Of a stretch of 64,000 bases of DNA, positions 24,891 to 35,488 are shown piece by piece. The notes under the pieces were generated by a model. The model was not told where the DNA came from. It searched no databases and worked only from the letters and a program-made list of their open reading frames with translations. This stretch comes from a virus, in IMG/VR virus record IMGVR_UViG_3300032286_000925, positions 31,386 through 95,385 of that record. The stretch is one strand, 5' to 3'. Numbering within the stretch: position 1 is the stretch's first letter; every line of letters begins with the position of its first letter. A program made the position numbers and the translations under genes.

Positions 24891-25118
24891 TTAGTCGTGA
24901 TTTAAATATAGTGCATCAACAATAGATTTGCAAATTGGACAGATCCTTAGTTTTAAAGGGTCTCTATAAGGCACAAACTCTATCCCGCATAAGGCTATTA
25001 CTGGAGTTCCCATAACATATCCCTCAGTAACCTTCGCAGCTTCTGCGTAATGTGCAAAATCCTTTGAATCATCGGTATCAGAAGTTATTGGCAAATCTAG
25101 AACATTAACGTTGTTCAT
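24891..25118 (-). CDS. DUF3039 family protein
   Basis: FAHY...GTPVIALCG..FVP.RDP...CPICK. Confidence 0.85.
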   Translation of the reverse strand: MNNVNVLDLPITSDTDDSKDFAHYAEAAKVTEGYVMGTPVIALCGIEFVPYRDPLKLRICPICKSIVDALYLNHD

Positions 25119-26073
25119 TAGGCATATCCTTTAGTATAGACAGAACTTTTTCTTTTGAAATTTTTGCAATATGCGACGAGGCATCTTGCTTTCCAAAACT
25201 TATTATTAACTGACCCCCATGTTCAACCATTCCGGCAGCAAACTCTACTCCCGGAGAAATAAATTGAAAAGGCTCCGTGTATTGAATAATTTCACCATAC
25301 CAGTTATACCTGACAAAACAATGAGAGTAGTTTCTAATAACTCCTTGAAGCACCCCAAAAGACTCCGGTTGATACCAGCTATACGGAGCCATGTAGTTTC
25401 TGTGAACTACAGCCAAGTATGTACTATCTCCCAAATCAAGTAGGCAAGAACCGCCTCTAAACTTGTACTCAGGAGTTTTCTGGTCTACAACAATGATGTC
25501 ATCCTTAGTTGCGACCCCACACTCATATATAAAATCAAAGTTTGGGTTTTCTTTATAAGGTAGCATCCAATTTTTTTCAACAGCTTTTTCACCTTTAGGA
25601 GATCTATATATATGGATAAATTTAGCTTCTTTTTTATCTTTATTATATTTAAACAGCCCTACTCTTGGATAACTCATGTAGCCAACCTCATAGACTACAC
25701 CTAGCATCCACCAAGAGTTATCCCGCCAAAACAATCTAAAGTCTTCTATCCCTCTTTTTATTGGAAAAGGACAATTCACTATAGATATTTCTGAAAAATT
25801 TTTAAACGTTCTTAAATCAGCATCTAATTCTGCAAAATAAACCCTATTTTTAACAAGATTGCCAGTAGTAATTTTTAGATGGTATTGAGGAAAATCTAAA
25901 ATTAAGTTGCTAGATCTAAAAACAACAGCGTACAATCCACTATCATCAACCCCAATAGATGGATTACATAGGGACCAAAGGGGGTCTTTTAGTTGATTTT
26001 TATCAGCTAAAAGGTAAGTTTCTCCCCCTAAATCTTTAAATAAAGGGTGCGGAGGGAAGGTGACATCAGACAT
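25105..26073 (-). CDS. Five-bladed beta-propeller glycosidase-like protein
   Basis: NPSI, GIEDFRLF, EKNW, RGGS, VEFAAG, SFGKQD. Confidence 0.7.
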   Translation of the reverse strand: MSDVTFPPHPLFKDLGGETYLLADKNQLKDPLWSLCNPSIGVDDSGLYAVVFRSSNLILDFPQYHLKITTGNLVKNRVYFAELDADLRTFKNFSEISIVNCPFPIKRGIEDFRLFWRDNSWWMLGVVYEVGYMSYPRVGLFKYNKDKKEAKFIHIYRSPKGEKAVEKNWMLPYKENPNFDFIYECGVATKDDIIVVDQKTPEYKFRGGSCLLDLGDSTYLAVVHRNYMAPYSWYQPESFGVLQGVIRNYSHCFVRYNWYGEIIQYTEPFQFISPGVEFAAGMVEHGGQLIISFGKQDASSHIAKISKEKVLSILKDMPNEQR

Positions 26074-26148
26074 ATATCTTATTCTATCTCAACTTTTAAT
26101 AAATGCTGTAAAATTAAGGATGACTACCCTTCCCGAAATTAGGCTCTT

Positions 26149-26508
26149 ATGAGTAATAGTATAGCTGGAACTTACAATATAACGTGCGATCAAGGCGCGA
26201 CATTTAAGCGTACCCTGACTTGGACCAATCAGGCTAGAGTTGCCTATAATCTCACCGGTTACACAGCTAGAATGCAGGTAAGAGAGACAGCAACAGCTAG
26301 TGGCATTATATTAGAACTAACTACTGCAAACAGCAGGATAACCCTTGGTGGCACGGCAGGCACGGTTAATTTACTAGTTGCAGCAAACGTAACTGCCGCC
26401 CTTACCCCCGGACTTTATGTATACGATTTAGAACTAGTTTCTGGCGGCGGTGAGGTGACTCGCCTTATTGAAGGCAACTTTAAAGTCAAAGCAGAGGTAA
26501 CTCGTTAA
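26149..26508 (+). CDS. Virion structural protein (fibre adaptor-like)
   Basis: DQGATF...[11 protein letters not shown]...YVYDLEL...EVTR. Confidence 0.75.
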   Translation: MSNSIAGTYNITCDQGATFKRTLTWTNQARVAYNLTGYTARMQVRETATASGIILELTTANSRITLGGTAGTVNLLVAANVTAALTPGLYVYDLELVSGGGEVTRLIEGNFKVKAEVTR

Positions 26509-26948
26509 TGGCCTTAGAATTTGAAGATAAAGCGAATAAAGTTATTGTAAATCCACAAGACATAACCAAAGTTATAGTACAAGAAGAAGTAATCAAAGTT
26601 GACGTTAGTTTTGGTGGACCTCAAGGAATTCCAGGCCCAACAGGCCCAACCGGAGCAACCGGAAGCACAGGCCCAACCGGAGCAACCGGAAGCACAGGCC
26701 CAACCGGCCCAGCTGGACCAACTGGCCCCCAAGGTCCAGCAGGTGCAACCCAAGTAGTCGCTTATACCCATACCCAAAATGCGGTATCATTGAGTTGGGT
26801 AATTACGCATAATCTAGGCTTTTACCCAAACGTTGTAGTTACGGATTCAGCTGGAACTGTAGTCGAAGGAGACATCTCATTTCAGTCTGTTAATCAACTT
26901 ACTATAACACTAACACACGCTATAAGCGGATATGCTTATTTATCATAG
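26508..26948 (+). CDS. Collagen-repeat fibre protein
   Basis: (Gly-X-Y)n; [11 protein letters not shown]; 27-bp tandem DNA repeat at 26640-26707. Confidence 0.85.
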   Translation: MALEFEDKANKVIVNPQDITKVIVQEEVIKVDVSFGGPQGIPGPTGPTGATGSTGPTGATGSTGPTGPAGPTGPQGPAGATQVVAYTHTQNAVSLSWVITHNLGFYPNVVVTDSAGTVVEGDISFQSVNQLTITLTHAISGYAYLS

Positions 26949-26959
26949 GAAAGTAAACA

Positions 26960-29482
26960 ATGGCACGTAAATTCTTAACACCAATCGACCTCAATAAAAA
27001 TGAGTTGCAAAACGTTGCTATTCAAAACCTAGCAAGCGACCCAGCAAGCCCAGCCACAGGTCAAATATACTACAACACTGGTGGAAGTCTAAAATACTAC
27101 AATGGTTCTGCCTGGAAGATAGTTACCACAGGAGTAATTACTGCACTTACCTTTAAGAATGACGGTACCGGAGCAGCAGCAAATTCAACCTTTGATGGAT
27201 CAACTGCTGTATCTATATCATATAACTCAATCGGCGCAGCCCCTACAGTTAACGCAACTTTCACCGGAACACTAACTACACCTCTAAATACAGCTGGACT
27301 AGTTGTAACAAATGCTACCGGCGTGCTCTCTAGCACAGCAACAATCGCTGACTCGTACCTAGCAAATATCACTACAGTGGGTAAGGTTCAAAACTCTGCA
27401 ACTACCGCATCCTCCGCAAATGGTGCATCAACAATTGTTTCTCGCGATGGAAATGGTAACTTTGCTGCTAACACAATTACTGCTACTCTTTCAGGAAATA
27501 TCAGCGGGTCTGCTGCATCTCTATCTGCTGCATCTGCACTACCTGATGGAACAACTGCAACTACCCAAGCGGCAGCAAACAACTCAACAAGAGTTGCAAC
27601 TACCGCTTATGTAGACACAGCTGTATTCAACGGTCAAGCTGGATTCAACGTACACGCTGCTGTTGCAGCAGCATCTACTACAAACATCTCTGGCACATAC
27701 ACTGCTGGTTCTGCCGACAACTCACAGGGTACGGGTGTCGGTGCGACATTCGTATTCACTACAGCCACTGTAGATGGTGTAACTCTATCTGCAGGCATGC
27801 GTGTTCTTCTAAAGAACCAGACTACTGCAACTCAAAATGGTGTCTATACAGTAACTGGAACCCCTGGAGCAAACGTTACACTTACTCGTGCAACTGACTT
27901 TGATAACAGCGTTGCTGGTGAAGTCTTTAACGGTGACTTGATTTACATTGGTGGTACAGGCGGGCAAGCTGGAACCACATGGGTGATGAACTCTCCAGGA
28001 ACTGCCACAACTCCATCTGGTGCAGTTAGAATCGGCACTGACAACATCAACTGGGTACAGTTTGCTGGTGCTGGGACCTACACAGGCTCAAACGGTGTAA
28101 GCGTAACAGGAACCGCCATTGCTGGTGTAGACGCAACCACAGGAGCTAAGGGTGTTGCTTCATTCCCATCAGCTCAGTTTACAGTTGCTTCAGGTGCAGT
28201 AACCGTTGCAAACCTATCTGCTGCAGTTATTTTAAGCGGTACATTATCTGCTGCTCGTGGTGGTACAGGTGTAGACAACGGTTCAAACACTCTAACACTT
28301 GCTGGAAACGTAAGTCACGCAGGTTCATTTACCCAGACATTTACAGCAACTGCCAATACTTCCCTTACTTTACCTACTACAGGTACGCTTGCTACTCTTG
28401 CTGGTTCAGAAGCACTAACTAACAAAACCTACAATGCTCTGACTCTAACTGCAGCTTCTACAGGTTTTACAATTGCTGGTGGAACAACTAGCAAGACTCT
28501 TACTGTAAGCAACACCATAGCTCTTGCGGGTACCGACTCAACAACGATGACGTTCCCAAGCACAAGCAGCACAGTTATGACCCTGGCTCAACCAGGAACG
28601 CTGACTGGAACTCTCACACTTCGTGCAGGTACTGCAACTGCCGGAACTGCCCCTCTATATCTAACTTCTGGTACTAACCTAACTGCAGCCGCAGCTGGAG
28701 CAGTGGAGTTCGATGGTACTAACCTATTCTTCACTCCAAGCAGCACACGCAAGACTATCGCGTTTACTGACTCAGCAATGTCTGGAAACACAACCGGTTC
28801 TGCCGCAACTCTAACCAATACTCGCTCACTTTGGGGCCAGAGCTTCAACGGTTCTGCCCTTGTCACTGGGATTATTAGTGGTGCAACTCAAGTTATTGGT
28901 ACTGCTGGCACAAACTTTGTCTTAAAAGGCAGTGATTTTAATGCGACCACTGGTACCGCACCCGGCACTTACATATATGGTAGCGAGGCCACAGCCGCTA
29001 CTGGAAACGCTCAGGCTGGTAGCGTCTACATCTACTCTGGTGCAAGTGGAAGCGGTAGCGGTACAGCAGGTAGCATCAACATTGGTTCTGGTGAGGTTAT
29101 AAACCTGGGTGGCGGCACTACAAACATTGCAGGAACCGTAAAACTTACCTCACTTGGTAATTCTGGTTTTGTAAAACTAAGCACTGGCGGAGCCTTAATT
29201 CAAGACACCAATACCTACCTCACTTCTACATCCGCTACATCCGCAGGATTTGCAAAGAAGTACGCAGAAAACAATGGAGCTCTTACTGCAACCTCAGGTG
29301 CAGTTACTTGGACAGTCACTCACAACTTGAATACCTCAAACGTTACAGTTCAGACATATCAAAACTCAACCAACGCTTCAGTTGAAGTTGATGTTGTAAC
29401 CACAAACGCCAACGTCGTGACTCTTACTTTTAACTCAGCAACACTGACAGGTAGCGAATATCGCGTAGTTGTTATTGGTTAA
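26960..29482 (+). CDS. Tail fibre protein
   Basis: T/A/G/S-rich; [16 protein letters not shown]...QNGVY...LTRATD, VTHNLNT. Confidence 0.85.
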   Translation: MARKFLTPIDLNKNELQNVAIQNLASDPASPATGQIYYNTGGSLKYYNGSAWKIVTTGVITALTFKNDGTGAAANSTFDGSTAVSISYNSIGAAPTVNATFTGTLTTPLNTAGLVVTNATGVLSSTATIADSYLANITTVGKVQNSATTASSANGASTIVSRDGNGNFAANTITATLSGNISGSAASLSAASALPDGTTATTQAAANNSTRVATTAYVDTAVFNGQAGFNVHAAVAAASTTNISGTYTAGSADNSQGTGVGATFVFTTATVDGVTLSAGMRVLLKNQTTATQNGVYTVTGTPGANVTLTRATDFDNSVAGEVFNGDLIYIGGTGGQAGTTWVMNSPGTATTPSGAVRIGTDNINWVQFAGAGTYTGSNGVSVTGTAIAGVDATTGAKGVASFPSAQFTVASGAVTVANLSAAVILSGTLSAARGGTGVDNGSNTLTLAGNVSHAGSFTQTFTATANTSLTLPTTGTLATLAGSEALTNKTYNALTLTAASTGFTIAGGTTSKTLTVSNTIALAGTDSTTMTFPSTSSTVMTLAQPGTLTGTLTLRAGTATAGTAPLYLTSGTNLTAAAAGAVEFDGTNLFFTPSSTRKTIAFTDSAMSGNTTGSAATLTNTRSLWGQSFNGSALVTGIISGATQVIGTAGTNFVLKGSDFNATTGTAPGTYIYGSEATAATGNAQAGSVYIYSGASGSGSGTAGSINIGSGEVINLGGGTTNIAGTVKLTSLGNSGFVKLSTGGALIQDTNTYLTSTSATSAGFAKKYAENNGALTATSGAVTWTVTHNLNTSNVTVQTYQNSTNASVEVDVVTTNANVVTLTFNSATLTGSEYRVVVIG

Positions 29483-29501
29483 TAAGTGGTAGTATAAGCT
29501 T

Positions 29502-30776
29502 ATGGCTAGATTATTTAAAACACCAGTAACTGTTGAAGGTGTAATCTCTACAAATAACGTCATAGCGTCCACCCAATCTTCCGGTGACGAAGGCGGTCAA
29601 ATTGACCTTACTAAAGCAGCAACCAATACAACGCTTACTACTGGTGTAACACTGGACGTCTTCCAAAATAGACTTCGTATCTTTGAAACTGGCGGAACTA
29701 ACCGCGGGTACTACCTTGATATTTCCGCAGGTGGAACCTCTGCAGCAACCAACATAATCGGCACTGCATCGGCAGTTTCTAATACAGTTACAGGAACTAA
29801 CTCCGCAGACCTTGTTTACGGAAACATGGCTGACAACGACCAGTTCAGAATTCGTGTTGGTGGTACTGCCACAAACGCAGGTTTCGTAGAGATTGCAACC
29901 GCAGACGATGGCACCGAGCCAATCTATGTGAGACAGTATACTGGCGTATTCACCACACTGGCTAGAACTGCAACTATTCTTGATGGTTCTGGAAATACCT
30001 CTTTTCCTGGAACAGTAACTGGAACTACCTTTTCTGGTTCAGGTGCATCGCTTACTAGCATTCCAGCTGCAAACGTAACTGGAACTCTCACCTCAACAGT
30101 TCTTGGAAACTCATCTGTATTTATCGGTACAACTTCTGTTGCTCTAAACCGTACTAGTGCAAACCTAGCTCTTACTGGAATATCAAGCATAACACTTCCA
30201 GGTTCTACATCTGGAACAGCTCAAATTATTCCTACTGCCGCAGCTGGAACTGGAACAGTAATTACACTTCCAGCAACAACTGGAACCGTAGCATTAACTG
30301 CAAATAAATTATCAGTATTTGCTGCAACAACATCTTCAGAACTTCTTGGAGTCATTTCTGATGAAACAGGCTCTGGTGCCTTAGTTTTTGGTACAACTCC
30401 AACTATCACTCCAGCAGATGCTGTCGCTGCTACTTCAGCAACTACTGCTGGATTTATGGGTATGCCACAGAATGCTAAAACTGCATCTTATACACTTGTA
30501 GCATCAGATGCTGGCAAGCATATTTATTTTTCTGGAAGCACCGCTTCTCAAACAATAACTATTCCTGCAAATGGTAGCGTTGGTTACCAAATTGGTACAG
30601 CAATTACGTTTATAAATTTAGCAACCGTATCTGTTAGCATTGCAATTACGACTGACACTATGTATTTAGCAGGTCCCGGAACTACAGGAACTAGAACTTT
30701 AGCTGCTTACGGTATGGCAACAGCTGTAAAAATCACTGCAACTTCATGGATTATTAGCGGTAACGGTCTTACATAA
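29502..30776 (+). CDS. Tail fibre protein
   Basis: DETGSGALVF, YTLVASDAGK, WIISGNGL; leaderless start. Confidence 0.8.
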   Translation: MARLFKTPVTVEGVISTNNVIASTQSSGDEGGQIDLTKAATNTTLTTGVTLDVFQNRLRIFETGGTNRGYYLDISAGGTSAATNIIGTASAVSNTVTGTNSADLVYGNMADNDQFRIRVGGTATNAGFVEIATADDGTEPIYVRQYTGVFTTLARTATILDGSGNTSFPGTVTGTTFSGSGASLTSIPAANVTGTLTSTVLGNSSVFIGTTSVALNRTSANLALTGISSITLPGSTSGTAQIIPTAAAGTGTVITLPATTGTVALTANKLSVFAATTSSELLGVISDETGSGALVFGTTPTITPADAVAATSATTAGFMGMPQNAKTASYTLVASDAGKHIYFSGSTASQTITIPANGSVGYQIGTAITFINLATVSVSIAITTDTMYLAGPGTTGTRTLAAYGMATAVKITATSWIISGNGLT

Positions 30777-32176
30777 TGACTGGCATTCTTGGAGGTCTAA
30801 TTGGAAGTTTTAAGACTGCTGTAGCGGGTGTAGTCACTAAATATTTTGCATCCGTACAGAGCAGCACCCCAAAACACGCGTTAGTTTCGGTGGCAACCGA
30901 TTCTAATCAAAACACTTATTATGCAACCAAGTCTGGGTCTACAAGTAGAGCAGGTTTTTTGCTAATAAAAAAGGCAAAAGACGGCTCCATAGTCTGGGTT
31001 AAAAACATATCCACTGGTTATACAACAACAAATGTTGGAGATTCTCCAAACGGCATAAGAGTTATTGGAAGCGACCTATGGGCATGGGGCGTAATGAGGC
31101 AAAATATAGGAGTTACTTCAGGAAATAACTCTTGGCTGATTAAGTTTGATTTAAATGGAAATATAGTTTCACAGTGGTATCAAAATTGGTCTACAAGTTC
31201 ACTTAATAGCGAGATAATTAGGTTTAATATAGACTCTTCCGGATATTTTCACATGACCTTTTTTGATACCTATGATAAAAGCGTCAACTATTATGATTTA
31301 ATATTTAATTCAAGTTTAGTTGCAGTTAAACAGAGGTATTACAGCTACGGTCAATCACTTGACATTAAATCTCGACCATCCGATGGCACTGTGTTTTACT
31401 TTGTTCAAAACGATGGATTTGGGTTCAATCTAGTAACACCAGGAACTGCCCCAACAACCGACACAAGGTATAAATACACAACTTCAGAGACTCCTATAAA
31501 TTCTTTTAATTCTTCTGGTTTTACTTTTGATTCAAGCGGAAATATTTATGTTACAAGTTTCACAGTAGGAACTAACGGCTATACTTCTGCAATTCTTCTC
31601 AGCAAATTTAATACAAGTCTTACTCATCAATGGACAAGAAGAATTACTACAGGAACAACGGTTATTCGAGATACTTATCTTGCGTCGTTAACGATAGACA
31701 GCTCAGACAATCTTTATCTATCACTCAGATACGCATTCTACTCTACAATTTTTAAGTATAACTCATCTGGCACTTTACAGTGGAAGTCTAGAATCGTATT
31801 CACCTCTGGCGCAAATACAGCCACCGAAATGGCTCCGTATCTTTACATAGACTCAAACAATGATTTAGTTATGATTGCCTCTCAGTATCAATATTTTCCT
31901 GACGGAATAGCCTTAAAAATTAAATCAGACGGCTCTATGGCAGACAACTCGCTGAGAACAATACCAGGAACTTCCCCTGCCCTTGCAGTTAGGATAACCG
32001 CAGACACTACTTATACCGATGCTGCTTATTCGTATGTAACAGCCTTTTCTGCCCCACCTTCTGGGTATATAACGTACCAAAACTATACAGCGGCTTTTAC
32101 AACTACTATGCCATACACAGTAACAAACACAGACATAACTGCAAGCTACACCGAAAATCAATACCTAACTACGTAA
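30776..32176 (+). CDS. Beta-propeller receptor-binding-like protein
   Basis: Repeated DSSGNIYV / KYNSSGTLQW blades. Confidence 0.75.
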   Translation: MTGILGGLIGSFKTAVAGVVTKYFASVQSSTPKHALVSVATDSNQNTYYATKSGSTSRAGFLLIKKAKDGSIVWVKNISTGYTTTNVGDSPNGIRVIGSDLWAWGVMRQNIGVTSGNNSWLIKFDLNGNIVSQWYQNWSTSSLNSEIIRFNIDSSGYFHMTFFDTYDKSVNYYDLIFNSSLVAVKQRYYSYGQSLDIKSRPSDGTVFYFVQNDGFGFNLVTPGTAPTTDTRYKYTTSETPINSFNSSGFTFDSSGNIYVTSFTVGTNGYTSAILLSKFNTSLTHQWTRRITTGTTVIRDTYLASLTIDSSDNLYLSLRYAFYSTIFKYNSSGTLQWKSRIVFTSGANTATEMAPYLYIDSNNDLVMIASQYQYFPDGIALKIKSDGSMADNSLRTIPGTSPALAVRITADTTYTDAAYSYVTAFSAPPSGYITYQNYTAAFTTTMPYTVTNTDITASYTENQYLTT

Positions 32177-32183
32177 GGAACAT

Positions 32184-33029
32184 ATGAGTAAAAAACTGTA
32201 TATGCTACACATACCGAAGTGCGGAGGACTTTCAATAAGTCTTATAAAAAAAGTTTTACCAAGAAACATAAACGTTTATCCAAATGAAAGATTTGATGAT
32301 TTTACAGATTTTAATAACTACGATTATGTACATTGGCACTTTGGCTCGACTTTAATAGACGACCCAAACTGCGACACAGTTTGCATAGTTAGAGACCCAG
32401 TAGATAGGGCTATCAGCAATTTTCTTTGGCTAAAGCAGCAGAACAGCCTAATCGAATCGACTGTATACACTGACGATACTTCATTGCTAGACCAACTAAA
32501 ATATTATCTTTTTGAAGACAAGAACTACTTCTCACATAGAAACCTACAAGCAAAATTTCTATCAAATGGAATTTCAAATGATATTTTAGAAGCAGTGTAT
32601 AAAAAAATTCCAAATGAGAAATATTCTATAGACGACGTGGTACCTCTTCTATCTAAGCCAATAAGAATGAAAGATTGGTACATTGAAGATAACAACACCT
32701 CCTTTGAAAACGCAGTAGCAACCCTAGACAAGTGCATTAGCTATCAAACCTTAGAGAATCATTCGGTACTTCTAGAGAGAATTTTTACTTGGTTTAAGGA
32801 AAATAGAGATATAGATGTAAAAAACTCCTACGAGGAGATGTACTCAAATCTTTTAGAAGTAAGAGAAATCCCTTATTACAATTATTCTAGCTACACTGAC
32901 AGTAGTGGTGCGACCTACACCACCACACAAGTTAGACAGCTACTATCCGCTGAAGAAACAAATGAGATATATAATCTTAATAGCATTGACAAACAAATAT
33001 ACGACTATGTGAAAGACAACCCAAAATGA
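32184..33029 (+). CDS. Sulfotransferase
   Basis: LHIPKCGGLS (5'-PSB), RDPVDRAIS (3'-PB), NSIDKQIYD. Confidence 0.85.
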   Translation: MSKKLYMLHIPKCGGLSISLIKKVLPRNINVYPNERFDDFTDFNNYDYVHWHFGSTLIDDPNCDTVCIVRDPVDRAISNFLWLKQQNSLIESTVYTDDTSLLDQLKYYLFEDKNYFSHRNLQAKFLSNGISNDILEAVYKKIPNEKYSIDDVVPLLSKPIRMKDWYIEDNNTSFENAVATLDKCISYQTLENHSVLLERIFTWFKENRDIDVKNSYEEMYSNLLEVREIPYYNYSSYTDSSGATYTTTQVRQLLSAEETNEIYNLNSIDKQIYDYVKDNPK

Positions 33030-33781
33030 TTATCCAAATTCTAGGATTGCCAGGCTCGGGCAAGACGACCCTAGCCGAAGCCCTAAAAGAGCGACTAAAT
33101 GCTATTCATCTCAATGCAGACGAGGTTCGCTCCACCCTAAACTCCGACCTAGGATTTAGCGAGAAAGACAGAGCAGAAAATGCTCGTCGCCTCGGCGAAA
33201 TGGCTCGCTTGCTATCTAAGCAAGGACACACTGTTATCGTCGACTTTATCTGCCCAACTAAAAACACTCGTGAAGCTTTCGGCACTCCCGACATCAAGAT
33301 TGTGATGAACACTATTGCCTCTAGTCGCTTTGCCGACACCGACGCTATGTGGATTCCAGTAATTGACGCTGACCACACTTTTTACGAGTGGAGGTCAGAC
33401 AAAGAGATGGCTGATGAGGTTATTAAAAAGTTTGATTTGTTTGACTGGTCTGCCCCCACTACTCTCATGCTTGGTCGTTATCAACCTTGGCACGAGGGTC
33501 ATCAAGCACTAAAAGAACAAGCACAAGAACGCACAGAGCAAGTTCTTGTTGGTATTCGTAATACTTATGGCACTTCCAAAAAAGACCCTTTTACTTTTCA
33601 GCAAGTAACTGAGTTTATTCCAGACGAACCAGACACCCTAAAGTTGCGACTGCCAAATATTACTAATATTGTTTATGGGCGTGATGTTGGTTATAAGATT
33701 GAGCATATTGAATTAAGCCCAGAACTTCAAGCTATTTCTGCTACTAAAAAGCGAGCTGAACTTGAGCAAAATAAAAATTAG
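33026..33781 (+). CDS. cysC: Adenylylsulfate kinase fused to HxGH nucleotidyltransferase domain
   Basis: GLPGSGKTT, DEVR..LNSDLGFS.KDR.EN.RR; GRYQPWHEGH, ISATKKR. Confidence 0.85.
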   Translation: MIIQILGLPGSGKTTLAEALKERLNAIHLNADEVRSTLNSDLGFSEKDRAENARRLGEMARLLSKQGHTVIVDFICPTKNTREAFGTPDIKIVMNTIASSRFADTDAMWIPVIDADHTFYEWRSDKEMADEVIKKFDLFDWSAPTTLMLGRYQPWHEGHQALKEQAQERTEQVLVGIRNTYGTSKKDPFTFQQVTEFIPDEPDTLKLRLPNITNIVYGRDVGYKIEHIELSPELQAISATKKRAELEQNKN

Positions 33782-33980
33782 ATTTAATACCAAAGACACC
33801 GATGGATCTTTTCCTTGGCGTATTTTTATAGATGATAAAGAGTTTTTAGCATCTGATATAGAAATTAAAGGGACGGCTGTCGGAGAAAAATCTATAGAAA
33901 ATGATGTAGTTAAGTGGAATATAGTTTGCATCGGTACGGTCGTATGGGACAACAATAAAATTACAATATATTCTAAATAA
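33762..33980 (+). CDS. Hypothetical protein
   Basis: IRFNT...WRIF..D small beta protein. Confidence 0.55.
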   Translation: MSKIKIRFNTKDTDGSFPWRIFIDDKEFLASDIEIKGTAVGEKSIENDVVKWNIVCIGTVVWDNNKITIYSK

Positions 33981-34136
33981 TTAATTAGATTTTTTAGGCC
34001 TAGGCTCTTGTCTAGGGTCTCTAACAAATACAACCCCTTCATGCTTCATTTCGCAACATCTAGCTAACCGGATCACTACAAACCATTCGCCACAAACCTT
34101 ACACACATTTGATTGACTTGGCGGAGGCTTATTCAT
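33981..34136 (-). CDS. 51-aa Zn-finger protein
   Basis: Manual translation MNKPPPSQSNVCKVCGEWF...RCCEMKH; AGGA RBS. Confidence 0.5.
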   Translation of the reverse strand: MNKPPPSQSNVCKVCGEWFVVIRLARCCEMKHEGVVFVRDPRQEPRPKKSN

Positions 34137-34200
34137 GGGATCCTAAACACATAGTGAAGTTGTGTACCAATTATCCCACACTGTGTAGTAAACTACCTGA

Positions 34201-34279
34201 TGTATAGATTTAAGTTTAAGTTTATACAGCTTTTTTTGCTCATTTTTTCTGTACAAAAATGATACATTATTATATAACT
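34201..34279 (+). promoter_or_regulatory. res-like bipartite site B overlapping the promoter of the dNMP kinase-recombinase operon
   Basis: TGTATAGATTTA-AGTT-TAAGTTTATACA plus TGTACAAAAATGATACATTATTATATAACT. Confidence 0.7.
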
Positions 34280-34289
34280 TAGGAGAAGT

Positions 34290-34850
34290 ATGAAGGATTG
34301 GATAGCATTGTCCGGCTGGGCTAGGTCTGGAAAAGATAGCATAGCCGAATATTTAGTTAAAGAGCATGGATACACAAGAGTTTCTTTTGCAGATCCCATG
34401 AGAGAAGCATTGGTGGCTTTAAACCCTCAAATTAGATATTTTGAAACTAATCTTCCATTAGCCACAGCAGTAAGAATTATTGGGTGGGAAGAATTAAAAG
34501 AAAATAGTGAAGATGTACGAGAGCTTTTACAAAGAATGGGTACAGAAGTTGGAAGAAATCTCTTTGGAAAAAATTTTTGGGTAGATTTAGCAATTAAAGA
34601 AGCAAAAAAACACAAAAAAGTGGTGTTTTCTGACTGCAGATATTTAAATGAAGCAGAGGCTGTACGAAAGCGCGGGGGTAGGGTTTGGAGAATAACAAGA
34701 CCTGGAGTAAGACCAGCTAATACACATACTTCAGAAAAAGATTTAGACGATTACGAGTTTGATGCCCTAGTAATTAATGACTCCACCTTACTAAAACTTC
34801 ATAAAAAAGTGGATCAGATTTTGGAGTGGGCATGGCTGAATCGGGCTTAG
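34290..34850 (+). CDS. Deoxynucleoside monophosphate kinase
   Basis: GWARSGKD, FADP, RELLQRMGTE, SDCRYLNE, HTSE. Confidence 0.92.
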   Translation: MKDWIALSGWARSGKDSIAEYLVKEHGYTRVSFADPMREALVALNPQIRYFETNLPLATAVRIIGWEELKENSEDVRELLQRMGTEVGRNLFGKNFWVDLAIKEAKKHKKVVFSDCRYLNEAEAVRKRGGRVWRITRPGVRPANTHTSEKDLDDYEFDALVINDSTLLKLHKKVDQILEWAWLNRA

Positions 34851-35488
34851 CACTTTTATATGCCAGAGTATCTACCCAACTCCAGGTAAACGATGGTGTG
34901 TCACTAGATGTCCAAGAACGCCAACTTCAAAACGCGGCTGAACTAGCTGGATACACCGAGTTTGAGTTAGTAAGAGAGGAAGGACGCTCAGGTAAGTCAA
35001 TTTCAGGCCGTCCGGCCCTTACAGAGGCTTTGAAGAGATTAGACAGTGGAGAAGCAGAAGCTCTTTTTGTGACGCGTATTGACCGCCTAGCCCGCTCTAC
35101 GAAGGATTTTTTGAGCATTATAGACCGAGCAAATGCTAATAAATGGCGTTTAGTTATGCTTGATTTAAACCTAGATACAGCCAGCTATCAGGGTCGTTTC
35201 GTGGTCACCATCATGTCTGCCTTGGCTGAGATGGAACGTGGGATCATTGCAGAACGTCAAAAAGACGTTCATAAAGATAGAAGAGCCCGAGGAATTGTCT
35301 GGGGAGTAGATATGGGACCCAAGAACAAAACCCCCGAAGAAATCAAACAAAGAATTTTGTCTGAAAGAGCTTCAGGGGCTTCATACAAAAAAATTGCAGA
35401 TGGACTTAATCGAGATTCTGTTCCGACTCAGAATGGTCGTCAGTGGTATCCCACAACAGTAAAGAATCTCGTTGACTCAATTGAGTAG
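34826..35488 (+). CDS. Small serine recombinase (resolvase/invertase)
   Basis: YARVST..Q, SG..RPAL, RIDRLARS, LAEMER..I.ER; C-terminal HTH. Confidence 0.93.
   Translation: MGMAESGLALLYARVSTQLQVNDGVSLDVQERQLQNAAELAGYTEFELVREEGRSGKSISGRPALTEALKRLDSGEAEALFVTRIDRLARSTKDFLSIIDRANANKWRLVMLDLNLDTASYQGRFVVTIMSALAEMERGIIAERQKDVHKDRRARGIVWGVDMGPKNKTPEEIKQRILSERASGASYKKIADGLNRDSVPTQNGRQWYPTTVKNLVDSIE

Noticed and set aside
34826-35488. Large serine integrase implying a prophage
   Set aside because: Only 220 aa, no zinc-ribbon/coiled-coil domain, and no host chromosomal genes or att junction in the window
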